64,000 bases of DNA from Bugula neritina (Eukaryota; Animalia; Bryozoa). The notes below the pieces were generated by a model. It did no database searches, was not told the origin of the DNA, and was given only the letters and a program-made list of their open reading frames with translations. The stretch lies in assembly GCA_964035545.1 (NCBI GenBank), contig OZ037770.1, positions 2,232,001-2,296,000 on the forward strand. Direction: 5' to 3'. Below are positions 1-13,900 of this stretch, piece by piece; within the stretch, counting starts at the first letter, position 1, and every line of letters begins with the position of its first letter. Made by a program: the position numbers and the translations under genes.

Positions 1-2443
1 TTCCAGATAATTCATGTTAGCTATTTTAACTATTAGCATTTTAGCTATTTAGCAATCAATGCAACAGTTATATAGATATATATAGGTGTATTGCTATATA
101 ATTATATGGCACCAAAATAAAAAATAGTGCTTAACTGGGAAGCGGCTAAGTGGGAAGTTTAGCCTAACGTCTGCCAGGGAAGCATCTATCTGGGATGAAA
201 CCAAAAAGCATTAGGAATTAAAAATAATAATAATATTTAATGAAAGTGTCTAGTTGAAGCCATGCATCATAGGTAAAGCCATATGCATAACATGACTCAT
301 TGAAACCATTGCTCTAACATGTTACTGAAGCCATTATCCATAAGATGCCTGATTTTTTAGGATAATATAATATAATATAGTTCTTAAAACTATTTTTTTA
401 CATTCTATTGATTCAATTTTAAATGTTAATATATTCAATTATATTTTACTATTTTATGCACATATATTTGATAGAAATATTTGGTTCGTCTAACTGAAAG
501 TGGTCTATTTGAAACGAGACCCATAATATATCTTGCTCCACTACCATACAAAGTAATACAGCATAAAACTTTTTAGAATATAATATGATTAAGTATAATA
601 ACTTCAATTTTTTTTCCAAAGTGCAATAAAACATAACACAGTATATAGTTTAACGTAGCATAATATAATTCAACAAATTGCAAAAGATATATTATACAGT
701 TTAACGTAATATATAAAAAAACAATATAATTCTAAATAAAATAACATAGCCTAATATAAAATTTTTATAATGCATAATACTGAAATAAAAAATGTCACAT
801 AATAATATAAAAGCATTTTATTTCATAATAATATAATATGCAGCATTATCGTTATCAGAGATTATTATTTTATAATTTATACAATATATTAGTATTTTAT
901 TTCACATAAGAATACAGGTATAATAGTACATATATATGCACAAATTTAAAAAATTTATTTTAGAAGTTTTCTAATTGGAAGTTCCTACAACTATTATACA
1001 TTCAGCATAGATCAAACTTGACCACTAGCTGATTATTATAATGCAGTTGGCATAAAATCTATATCAATATAGTAGAAAAAGGAAAGCAAGTTGGAGTCAA
1101 GTTTTTTATTATAATTATATGACCGTTTGCAGCAAAAATCAACATTTTTTGCCTTTCTCTATAACAGTTTTTTTCCTCCTTATATTTATAGGTGATGGGT
1201 CAAAATATTCTTCCTTAACGTGTTAGAATCCTTCAAGACTGAGCTCAGCTAAAGTACTTAGAAGCTACTAGATGTTGTAATATACAGGTCATGTAATATG
1301 TTTGCTTAAAAGCTTAAAGCTGATGTAAGATTATTGTTGTTATATACTTGATAAATTATGGCTTTGTTTATAGTTTGGTATTGTAATTTGTGTTAGGGAA
1401 TTTTTGGTAAATGCTGTAAACAAGGTTTCACTCAAAAAGTTTAGCGAAATAGAAATATTAGCAGACATAGCTTACTTTGTCTATAATAGCTTAAGTTCTA
1501 GTTGCACCTGTAGATTGAGGAAATAAAATGAATACCCCCCAAACAAAGAATTCACAAAGCATTTTCTCTTTGCTAATCAAACCTCCAATACCAAAGTGCA
1601 GTTCCATCAATAGCTAATATGTTGTAGTAGCAATTTGAAGCATATATATGAGAAATTATCTATAAACTACTAAATTTAGGGCAGCCATGGTTTAAATGAA
1701 AACAGAAATGCCTGTCTCTGTTCTTCTAGCATAATAAATAAAAGAGCTGCAGGTAATTGTATTATTTGTAAGTTTAGATATCAGTTGCAATATAAAATCA
1801 TATATTACCTGTAAAAACCTCTGCTCTCTACTTGGATTCGAACCACAGACCTTCGGCTTGTAAGCAGGCGCCCTAACCACAGGGTCTGCTGAGTTAACTC
1901 GACACATTACTTCCATTTTTATTGTTTGAAATATTTTGCTGTATTTTGCAATAAACAAAATTTATTCAAAAATTCAACACTTGTATAAAGAAGTAAGCTA
2001 CAAAAGTTTAGTTACAATTTAAACAATGCATATATCAGATATATAGCTAAACACTTGAAATAACAGCATAGCGTTACTAATTATTACCAGCTAAAATTAG
2101 TGAGCCTAATAATAATATATAACAAAATTACTGAGGTAAGGTCGGTGAAATATTTCAAATAATTTCTTTTTTAAATTTCACTGTTTTGTAAAACTGAAGT
2201 CAAATAACAAATTTCTGATAAAGAACTTATGCTTCATTTGTTTTAGGAAAGCTTCCAAGAACAATATTTAGTGTTTTTAGAAGTTAGTTTCTATTTTATT
2301 ACATAAATATGTTTTTTGAAAGACAGAACACATAGTATTTTCAAAGATATCTGAAAATTTTGGTTTAGTTGTAAAGCTAGGATAGATGAATCCATGATGC
2401 GTGTGCTATAAAATATTATACATGTCTAGCTATGTAATTACAT

Positions 2444-2558
2444 GGCAAGTATCACAAGGTGCCAGGTAAGTATCACAGGATGTCAGGCAAATGTCAAGAC
2501 AAGTGGCACAAGGTGTCAGATAAGTGTCACAAAGTGTCAGGCAGGTGTCACAGGTGCC
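2444..2558. repeat. Degenerate tandem repeat of about 21 bp (AAGTGTCACAAGGTGTCAGGC) just past the stop codon of dioxygenase A
   Basis: Five to six degenerate copies. Confidence 0.7.
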
Positions 2559-2582
2559 AAAAATATCAAATCAACATAATTA

Positions 2583-5500
2583 TTATTCAGTGCCATATGT
2601 AGCGGAGAACCGGCGCCGCAGGTATTGGCGAGCTGTGATTGGAGGATATTTGTTGGACCCATCAAGTGTCTCAAGAAGGGCCTCATCATCAGCGTGGCCA
2701 AAGAACGCAACAGAAACTCTCTCCTTGTCCAAGAACTTAGCTTCAGGGAGAAGAACTCGGTGTTTCTGTAACCAGAGAAATACACGCAATAACCTTTATT
2801 TTTCATTTCAAATTTGTAGTATATTTTGTTAAGTTCGTTTCTAGAGCAAAGGAAGTATTTAAAACAGATATAGTTAATAACAGAAAAGCGGTTGCAGGGT
2901 GACAACATGCAATATTTAGCAGTTTTTATAATACGTAAATATATAATTTAAACAGTGATTATATCTTGTGGTTAACCAGTTAGCCTGAGAAAGTGCCAGA
3001 TCAATGGTTGTAACCACAGCAGAGTCATTGATGATGGCTAGAAAGCATTCAGTGGTAATTGCTCATTTCCTTTGTGTAGTCACAGTAGTGCAATGGTTTG
3101 CTCACCTGATTGCAAACTGGAAGATATAGGGTTCAAATCCCAGTGCTGGCAATTATTTTACACTTCAAATACACAATCCTTAGTAACTTCAAAAGTCATT
3201 CCTAGCAGTTCTCAAAAGAATTGATATTTTAAAGAAACATGAGTAAGAAGCCAATATACAAAACTAGAAAAGTTAGTTTTGTAATAGGAAATTCTACAAT
3301 AGTTGTAAGTTCATGATAGTTCAAATTATTATTTTAAACTATAGAATGCTAGAAATTATAAATGCGAACTGGTAAAACATTTTACTGAAAGTTAGAATAA
3401 ATTAGCGACTAAAAGTTTGGAACTCACGGTAGCTATCAGTACATCTCCACTCCACATCTGTAACATGTCACCAATATTCACGTATATCCCTCCCTCAATG
3501 AACCCTGCATCCACGTAATCTCCCAGCTCTCTACTCATTACCTGCAGGCAGTAAAACCAGACTATTATGACAGGAAAAGGGGGCAGCCGTGGTCTAGGGG
3601 GTTATAGCGTTCGCCTAGTAACCACAAGGCCATTGGTGATGTTAGGAAGAACATCCAGTCATAATAATTGCTCCTCATCTAAATAAGTCCTTAGCCGCTT
3701 TAACAAAAACCCTTTTTATCAAGAGGTTTCTCACAGGGATAGGAACTATAAACATTGCATGAGTTTTTTATTATGACAGAAATAGTAGAAAGCTGCACAT
3801 GAGTGGCTAGAGGGCTGCCTATAGTAAACACGAAATCAGTTGATTTCTACTTTCAAACTTGTCACAATGAAGTACGTAATGAAACATACAGTCGTACTGG
3901 CTGTGCCACTCAGTAAAAAAGGTTGTTTTACTAAATTTACTTTATGTGTAAGAGTGACTCAAGGGATGCTTCATAACTTCATTAAAACTGCTGTAAATTA
4001 CACTAAAGTCAAACACTATTCTCTAATAGTCTAACACAAGACTGTCCAGCATTTTGGCCCCAGGGCCAGATGCTGCGGCTCCGAGCCTGCATTGATGTGG
4101 CCTTGAAAAGCAATACAAATAAACTTATTTTTCACAGCATACATTATTTAGAGTAAAATACAACCTTTTAAATGTCTTTTTCATCTACCTGCTACAAAAC
4201 ATGCAACCTGCAGTAACTATTGGGACTTTATTGTATAATGATTCATAAGAATTCGGAATAAAATAATTTGAAAAATACTGATGCTGGGGGCCACAGCGCA
4301 AGCTAAATTTTACAAAGTGGCCCTCATCATGAAATATTCCCTTTCAGTGGCCCTCGCTCTGAAAAAGTTGGGCACCTCTAGGGTCTAACATGACTTGATC
4401 AATTACTACTTGTAGAATGAAAAAAACCCTTAGTGAAGTTGTCTTCTCCTTTCAAGCCAAACTTAATATCTGACTTGGAATAATACCTACACAAGTCATG
4501 CCCTTTAATTAACTCAGAGTTTAGTTTTACCTGCAGACCAGGAGCATCGCTATAGAGGAGAGTCAGAGAGCCAAAATCTGAATGTTCACCACACCTCAGT
4601 TGGCCAGGTACCAACAGAGCTAATGAATATACAGTAAGTATATAGTAAATATAGAGTAAGTGTATAGTACATATATAGTAATTATAATATAGTATATATA
4701 TAGTAAGCGTATAGTGAGTATATACTAAATATATAGTACATATATATAGTAAGTATATAGTAAGTGTATAGTAAGTATATACTAAATATATAGTAAATAC
4801 ATAGTAAGTATATACTAAATATATAGTGTATTTGTGTCATTATTACCTGTGTCATTTTTAAAATCAACATACTATATATAGAAGGGTGACTCACATTTGT
4901 CAACTTTTGGATACCAAACCACGCTCTGATTGGATGGATTCTTTTTCTCAGTAAAGGAGTGAGCTTTCACCATTTGATACGGATCCTTTAAATATAGTAA
5001 CACACTGTTTCAAGATGAAAATTTATTTGTCTAATTAAATTTATATTAATTAATTAATTATTTAATATTATAATAACCAATTAATAATATAATCAACAAT
5101 TAATAAATTATTGTTTAAAGTAAAGATGTCCTAACTTCTTACAATGATCAACAGTAGATTTAAATTTTTTTTAATAAATGGAATTAGTGCTTTAGAAAGG
5201 GATTTGCTAATCAGGCATGTAATAGATTTCCTATTATATAGTTTATTTATAGCTTCAAAGTGATTAGAAACTCAAAATGTATATGATTATAATTTTTTAT
5301 TTGATGCAAACAGGCCATACTACTAACAATAATAATTCTTAAATCTGAGGTTTGTATTTTTTAAAATATCTGAGTTTACAATGGCCAGACTGAGAAAATT
5401 AAAGGTTTCAAACACGTGTGTTTACAACTTACAAAATATTTATTTTTATTTACTATATTATTATGATCGTTCATCTTACTTCTAAATTAAATTATTTAAA

Positions 5501-8071
5501 AATTTTATTAGACCGTCTCACCTCCAATTTCATGGCAACTCCTAGAAGGTACAGAATTCTGGACGCCTGCTCTTCAAACTTAGCCCTCAACTTCCTGCTT
5601 TCTTCACTGTCAATAATGGGGGGCGCAAGAGTCCTCTACATAAAAGACAAGATATCTTTGAGTTAACTAAGACTAGGGAGTATAGTTATAAAAAGGAAGC
5701 AACTCCTACAATGTCCTGTTTTTTATTATCACTACCGTTGTGTTCTACTAACCCTGGTAAAGCCAGCTTGTAGACGTAGTAGTTATATGTCTTATTTATC
5801 AGATATAACTCATCATGACTTCAATATTGCTAACACCAGTTATGCTAGAGAATAAACAGAGTGCATGTGACATTAAAGTCTATTCGTTGAGAACACAACT
5901 TCTCAATCCTTTTAGATGCTTCAATATGAATAATGTACAAAAAAGTGTCACTAGTGTAAAAATCAAAAGAATACCAATAGCTGCAGCATTTTAGATTCTG
6001 CTCTTTCAAGTGTAAAGGTTCTTGGTTTGTAAAGTCAAAATTTGGGGACAAGAGGTATTATGAAACCTTGTATTGAATATAAAGCAAGAGTAAATAATCC
6101 TCTAGAATTAGAATTAGGACAAAGTAAATCATTTATAATATTATCCAATATAGAGTTGTGATTGCCCAGTGGTGTAATGGTTAATGCCTGCTTGCTTGCA
6201 AGCCACATGTCTTGCAAGCCAGAGGTCTCCGTTTCAAATCCCAGTGGAGGTAAAATTATTTTATATCCAAAAGCAACTAACAGACTCAGATCACCTTATA
6301 AATTGACATTTTGTGGAATTTACTAAAATCAGATTGATATAACTTACATCTCCTTCAGTAATTCTGTTGGTGTGGAATACTTCCTTGTAGTCAGGTGCTG
6401 GGGCCGTCTCTTCTAATCTGAAGTTAGAAAACTAAATTCTGTAACTGCTGCACGTAAATTTAGGTGCAGCAGTTACAGAGTTTAGTTATGTTAACATAAA
6501 CATAGGGAGAAGATAATATAGTAAATCTATAGAATAACATTGAGAAAAAGATATAGTATGATACAAAGAAAGGGCTTCAAACACAACAACAGAGATTGTT
6601 AACTTGAAAAGCATTGTGCAGTTGTAATCATCACTTAATTATTCAGCTATAATAATCTTGAACTGATATATGTAAAAGAGCATATTTTTGAGACTTCTAG
6701 TGCTATATAATAGTATAAACCAATTGTGGGTCATTTTAAAGTTCCATACATAAAGGATAATTTCCTACGCCAAGGATATCAAACTTATTGTGACAATCAA
6801 GATGTTTATTTTGGTAGCCTACAATTAGTTACTTAAAATACTCACACAAAACTGGGTGTCATTCATATAATACAGTCTGTGGTCATATTTGTATAGTCTG
6901 TGGTCATATTTGTATAGTCTGTGGTCATATTTGTATAGTCTGTGGTCATATTTGTATAGTCTGTGGTCATAATTGTATAGCCTGTGGTCATATTTGTATA
7001 GTCTGTGGTCATACTTGTATAGTCTGTGGTCATATTTGTATAGTCTGTGGTCATATTTGTATAGTCTGTGGTCATATTTGTATAGTCTGTGGTCTTACTT
7101 GTATAGCCTGTGGTAATTTACAGGCACAGCTGGTCATGGTTATGGAAATTTGTGTTGTTAAGAACCACAGAGTTTAAAAGAACACAGTATAAATTGAGCT
7201 GCATAGTATAGTTTCAACATTTAGTGACATAAAATCACTATGTAAATCACAGTTCTGGACACTTAGAATCATAGACTTAGATCTACAGAAATTAGGAATT
7301 ATGCTTACTGAACACGCCCATTAGCCAACCATCCATAATGACAGTCATAGCTGTTAGGTTTAGAATACTTTTTCTTTTCTTCAAGGGGTAAATGAAAGAA
7401 GGAGTGTGTTTTTCGACCATAATCTTGTGCCTAGCATAAGCAGTTTAAATATTTGCTTCAGATAATATGATAGCCTTATATGGATATTATAGTAAATATT
7501 GTATACAGTGTAGTACAGTGTACATATAATAATAGTTAGCTTATAGAATACACTGCATATGATGTAACGGATATCAAATAGCACAATATAGCACATTATT
7601 GCACAATTTAACACATCAAATCATATTATAGCACTTTATAGTATCCCATAGCATTTTCTAGCAAATTATAGCATTTACTATTACACATTAGATAACTTTA
7701 TAGCACATTTTAGAACACTATAGCACTTTGTAACACATTATAGCAAACTATAGTACTTTATATTGCATTTTAGCATTAGCATATTATAGCACACTATAGC
7801 ATATTATAGCACATTATAGCATATTATAGCACACTATAACATCTTATAGCACACTATAGCACATTATAGCATACTATAGCACATTTTAGCACATTCTAGC
7901 ACATAGTCTATAGTGATTATCAGTTACCAGCTCCCATATCCCCGAGTTGCAGATGCAGGCAAAGCCAACAGTTGTCAAAGCTTCATAAAACTCCACAGAG
8001 AGCTCCTCATCACTCTTGTTCATGTCTATTACAGGGACGTGGCCACTCCTTTCATACTTTAGATCAGACAT
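2583..8071 (-). CDS. 2-oxoglutarate/Fe(II)-dependent dioxygenase (DIOX_N + 2OG-FeII_Oxy, IPNS-like family), paralog A, 8 coding exons
   Basis: GT-AG exons joined in frame: 8071-7928, 7430-7309, 6417-6348, 5635-5522, 4985-4895, 4619-4531, 3541-3428, 2765-2583. Motifs: VPVIDM, ALTTVGF, FFHLPLEEKKKY, DYKE, CGEHSDFGSLTLL (HxD), VNIGDMLQMWS, KHRV (distal His), RVSVAFF (RxS). Confidence 0.93.
3578..3770 (+). mobile_element. tRNA-headed SINE family B
   Basis: GGGGCAGCCGTGGTCTAG head, core CATTGGTGATGTTAGGAAGAACATCCAGTCATAA..TTGCTCCT, tail ACTATAAAC(A)TTGC-TGAGTTTTTT. Homologous copies at about 58467-58668(+), 15480-15640(-) and a fragment at 2965-3065(+). Confidence 0.7.
4037..4382. mobile_element. 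Old hAT (Charlie-like) MITE
   Basis: 8-bp direct repeat GTCTAACA at 4029-4036 and 4383-4390. Degenerate TIRs, GGCCC-rich subtermini, and a right end AAAAGTTGGGCACCTCTAG. Confidence 0.6.
6874..7113. repeat. 21-bp minisatellite (AGTCTGTGGTCATATTTGTAT), about 11 copies
   Basis: Direct tandem copies in intron 2 of dioxygenase A. Confidence 0.95.
7580..7900. repeat. Degenerate 10-bp repeat (AGCACATTAT)n
   Basis: Intron 1 of dioxygenase A. A similar low-complexity (TATATAGTAAG)n tract lies at about 4630-4830. Confidence 0.8.
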
Positions 8072-10946
8072 TGTAGATCCCTAAGGCTATAGAAAAAAAA
8101 CCACAGAAAATCGTACCTGTAGACCATGAAAAGGTCAGAAAATTTGAAAATTGTGACAAGATAGCCTCTCAGCTTATCAACAAACTATAGATATGGTCAA
8201 CGAAATAGCTATGCAAGAATTTCCCCTCACCGGGATTCCAACTCAGACCTCTGGCTAGCAAGTAAACCCAACAGTACAGTACTTAGCAATATGATTTCAA
8301 TAAGACAACTCCAAAATACAACAACAACACATTTATATTAATATTATCTCCTTTAAATAGTTAGAATGAAGTATTCTACTATAATATACCTTTCAAAGTT
8401 GTTTTCATTTTAATAACTTGATTACCATGTCATCACTTTGTATTAATGTTAATTACATAGTACTTATACAAGTACAAAAATAAAAAATGCAAAACAAAAG
8501 TTACAGGCGAATGTTAACAATACGGTGTGAGCATATAAACAACTGGCATGTACAGCCATGCACAAACCGTTTGATTTCATTGTTTTCAGAACAATGAGTC
8601 GACGTTTTTTCTTTCAAACAATTGTATATATATCTGAATGGGAAATGTGAATGTAATGAGAAAGCAATTTCAATCAACAAGCTAAAACTTAGAAACGTTT
8701 AGGCATAAACAAATTAAGTTGCTTAAAAGCCAATTTATGGCTACAACATCCAGTTAAAATGAAGCTTTCGAATTCGGTACTTTTAGTCAAACCCCAAACT
8801 AAGCTTCCTGAACTCAATATAAGAACGAAAGCTATATTGGTTTCCCTTTTATATGTAAGTTGTAACACGCAGCCGTATATAGTAATCTTTCCTTGGCAAA
8901 AAATTCTTTTAAGCGGCTATGGATTGGTTTTTCAGACAACCAAGTTTAGCAAAGCTAAGAATTTGATGTATAGAAAGCAGCTAGTTTTACAATATTTATC
9001 GGCTTCAATGACATTACTTGACTTTGAAACTTTTCAGTGATTTGATGGTCATATCTAATCAATTAAGACTAATTGGATTACATAAGCTAATAGGAAAATG
9101 TGTAAAATACTTTCCAGCTAGCTAGCTAGATTATTAATCAAATGACTTGCAGCTACTCGTTGTACTTAAAGTAAGTGTTTCGTCTAAAATCTATATCATT
9201 ATACTAACTTACCAACTTATAGATCAGTAGGCGAGTAGAATAGCGAGTCACTGTTGAATATAATCAGCAACGGTTTCTAGTTCCCATTCAGTTCACGCAT
9301 GATTACTTTTCTTTGACATTACAATCTGTTATTATAAAGCTATTATTTCAAGCTGCCAAGATCAATATAATTTGTCTATAGGCAGCCCCAATGTTGGGGC
9401 GACTGAGTGCAGTAGCTTTGTATGCTTAAGCCATGGAGTTGGATGTTTGGGGTGTAACTTGAAACCCCCCACTCCAAGCTCTGAGCTGCTTTTAGAAAAC
9501 TTCAAGTCCAATGGTCATTGTCCACTCTAATAACATACATGCTTATCTGATAAAAGCTATTCAACTTTCAACTTGGTGGAAATGATTTGAATCAAAAGGA
9601 GCGTATACAGTTTTAACCCCAAAGAAAGATTTTATGTCTCAACCAAAATCCTTCAGATTTCTTGAATTTTACTAAATTAAAATTGCTATACAATATTATT
9701 TCAATAGCCTGAAAATTAATACACAAAGTTGTTAAAAGAGTTTACTTTGTTTGAAATATTGTTCCCATTGACAATAACCCCAATACCAGACTATCCACCA
9801 CTTTCAGCAATGACCTATATTTAGATATCATGCTATAAATACCACAGAAGCGGTCTAGACTAGTTAGTCGCGTGATTGTTATGAACCGTACTCAGATAAC
9901 GTTTAGCTCCACAGTAAAACATACCAAAGCATAATATATTACTACAATAATATGCTAAAATACGTACAAGTTAGAGTGTTGAGTTTAGCCAGCGGTGCCT
10001 GCTTAAGCAAGGTCCAGGGTTCAAATCTCAGTGGGAGCAAAAATTTTATACAAAGTCCATAAACCGACCATCAACATTAACACCAAGGCTACTTTGTCTG
10101 TACAATTATTAAGCATATGGTTCATAAAATATTGTTTATAGCTTGCCATGCAGAAACTTATTAAAGCCATTGCAGGAGTTTAAAGATCTTAAAAAGTCAA
10201 ACATGAAGTTTTTTTGTAAATATTTCATTAGTTTGCTATAGCAGCTGCTAAAACTATACTTTTATTATAATATTATCATTGCGAAATAAATATGGAACAT
10301 TCATTGCTATGGTTGGAAACTTGTTGTGGTATAGGAGACAACCCTTAAAACATTAATTCATTTTGTTTGAGTGTTCACTATAATAGTGTGTATTATATTA
10401 TTATAGCTCTAGTGGACATATATTATAGATAAATCACAATATCACACTAGTATTACATGCTAGACATAAAAAAAACTTTGCCTCACTGGGATTCGAACCC
10501 AAGACCTCCTCTGTCTTGCAAGCAGGCGTGCTAACCACTGTACTGAAACTATAATTATAGTTGGATAGTTAACCATTACACCACTGGGAACAGCAGAGTA
10601 AGCCCATCACTGCAGCAGACTATTTAAAACGTTTAAATTATTTTATAGAAATTTTAACTATTACAAAGTTATAAATATTATTGCCCAAATTATATTCAAT
10701 AACTATGCAGTTAAGAAGTTGGAATATTTTATTGAAGCACCAGTGTAAGTATAAATATATCTACGAGATAACAGAAACGCTTCTCTACATTATTACATAT
10801 GTATGTTTTAGAAGTTATCTCCTCACTACAAAATGTTATGATATCTCAGCAAATAATAATTTCGTAGTATAATATAATGTAGTAAAAAATAAAAACATAT
10901 GTTATTTAATCAACCAGCAAAATATTTTTCAAATATAAAAAAAAGA

Positions 10947-13900
10947 TTATCGGTCATAGGTAGCTAAGAATCTTTCAGTTAGCCATTGGTCAGCTGTTAC
11001 GGGTGGGTACTTGCCCGACCCGTCTAGAGTCTCTATTACGGTATGATTATCAGGCTGAGCAAAGAAGATTACAGACACCCTGTCTTGGTTTAAATACTGC
11101 TCTTCGGGAATCAGAACCCTGTGCTTCTAATAAACGAAGGAAATATATAAGAAATATTCAATAAAAGTTAATTATATAGGATACATTGGGAGTTGCTTAC
11201 TCAATAGTATAACTTGATGAGGGGGACAACCTTAAGAGAAAGTTAGACTGTATAATATACAAATAGATCTAATAGATTAGGTCAAATTTTTGAAAGAGTC
11301 AAATTACTTTTTTGAAATATAAGTTCGTTAAATTGAAATTACTGAAAAAGAAGACAACTTTTATAACTTAACACCATAAGATATAAATACTTGAAAAAAA
11401 GTTTTCCAAGTATCCAGAAACATTTTTAGGCAAAACAGTTTATTTTGGTCAAGATTTGCAGACATCTGAAATTATCAGCAAATAAACTTATAACATCTAA
11501 GTTTATATTAAAATTCCTACAAGCATTAAGATGACAATTAACACGTGCACACAACTCTAATATATTCTCTCTCAAAAATAACAGCATGAAGTCAGTGTAC
11601 TAAACAGAAACGTCTGCTAAAGCTAAAAGAAATTGGTCAGTGGAACTCACATTAGCTATCAGTACATCTCCACTCCACATCTGTAACATGTCACCAATAT
11701 TCACGTATATCCCTCCCTCTATGAACCCTGCGTCCACATATTCTCCCAGCTCTCTGTTCATCACCTGACCGAGAAAAACCTGAACTACATGAACTTTGTT
11801 GAAACCCGCCAGGCATTGCGAACCAAAAATAATAGGTATGGCAATAAAATATATGAGCATATAACATATCCTGTTGGGACTTTACATAAGCTGGGAAAGC
11901 TTTTCCCTAACGCATGATAGCTTTTCACATATCATCTCAGCTATGCCAGCTATATAATGCTTTTTCCACATTCATTACTATAGCTACTACACTTCTGACT
12001 AGTATAAAAACCCAGCAATTTTCTCTTATCCTCACTTGCGTCTCTCTCGCACTTATAACTCATGATATAACCTTTTTCACATTGATATTTTCTTTCAGTC
12101 TGCGACAATAAATATCTCTCTACACTTAAAACACAATATACCCCGTTAGTTTATATGCTTAACAATAAAATATACTTTATTTGAAGACACTATTGTATTT
12201 CAATGTTTCTTGTATTTTTACAGTAAAAGAATTTTCTAGAATATCTGCCACTCATGAATATTTAGAATGACAACCAACTTTATGCAAGAGTTGAGAAACA
12301 CTGAAATACAATATACTTCAACTGTCAATATCAACTAAACTCTACTATCATTTAGCTTAGATACAAGTAGCACAGGAAAATGAGCAAACTTGACCCTTAA
12401 TTGATGTTTCCATGGCTACCAGTAAATACTATATAGGCACATTGTTGTATAGTACTTGTATTTACCGTTACATACACAGTCATATGCTCAGTAATATTTA
12501 ATGATACAGTTATACCGTCCCTCAATATACCTGCAATCCAGGTGCACTGCTGTACAGTAGAGTAATAGAACCATAGTCTGAGTGTTCACCACAGCGTATC
12601 TGCCCAGGCTTTAATGCATCTGGAATCAAATAAGTATTTCACTGTCACAAGAAGTTGTCCTCCCTACTTTACATGTTTTATTCAGCTAGAACTTGTGGCA
12701 TGATTAAATTAAACAGACCATTATTTGATAATCAGTGAATTAAATGAAGAAGTAGGAAGAAGCATATTTCTATGAAGCACAAAATATTCTTATAAAATTT
12801 TTTACGAAACTTGTTTAAAAAAAAATTTAGGTTTTTTCCAAATAATTTGTAGTTTTTGTCAGACTGACTCTTATTTGGCTAAAGATGTGAGAGTGTAGAG
12901 AGAATAAACAGCTTTAGAGAAAACATCATCGCACAAGAAAAGGCAACAGATTTGCGCCACTTGAAAACTGCAGCTAGTTCGAAATTTGAAAAGTAGGCAG
13001 TTGAAAATTAGAGCGTAGAAGCTACTCCAATCTTACGTGAACAAGAAATGTGATTTATACCTCCTGGAAACAGGAATACAAAACTTGACAAAAATTAAAA
13101 TTCTCAAATAAACTTGAAGATCAAATGTACACTTTGAAGTCTTTAAAAGATAAATAAATTTGCTAAAATTTTAAAAACTGAAAAGATAATTTATTTAAAA
13201 AAAACTGGTGAGGAATTACTCAAGTTCTCATGCTGCTAAAAGTCTAAGTACACCAGTCATTATTCCGGTTCTTAGATAAGGTTTGGTAACCATCACAACT
13301 CATATGGAAGAAAACTAACCTTTGTCAACCTTGGGATACCAGGCTAGTCTTAGAGCAGACCTGTTCTTATTGCATTCTGGGAAGGTGTGAGTCTTTACAA
13401 GTTGGTATGGATCCTATGTAATAGAAATGCTTTCTATGTTAATTAAATCGATAAAGCAATACAAAAATCAATATATCAATAAGGGAGCTGGTAATATGAA
13501 ATTAATATATTGAAAATCAATATATCAAAACAAGAAATCAGTATATCAATCTGAGCAATTATATGAACATGAGAAATAAATATATACAGTCAAAATGAAA
13601 ATCAATATATTAATATGAGAATTAACAGAATCAACAGATATGTCAATATACAATACAAGAAAGCAATATATTTTCTTAGCCTTAAGTCAACCATACATTT
13701 AGCTTCAGTCCCAAACCAATCAGGTACAGTACTTTGTTGGATACTTTTTCAAACTTATTCCAGAGACTCCAGCACTCTGGTGTATCCAATACAGGAGAAG
13801 CTCGACACGGCTACAAAATAAATAGTGGAAGATACAAACATTGCAAACTTTTAATTTGTGTGAAAGAGAAACGTCCAAACCCTGTTGACAAAATTCTTAG

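Noticed and set aside
6863-7075. Repeat protein ORF (MTTDYTN)n
   Set aside because: It is the translation of an intronic 21-bp minisatellite.
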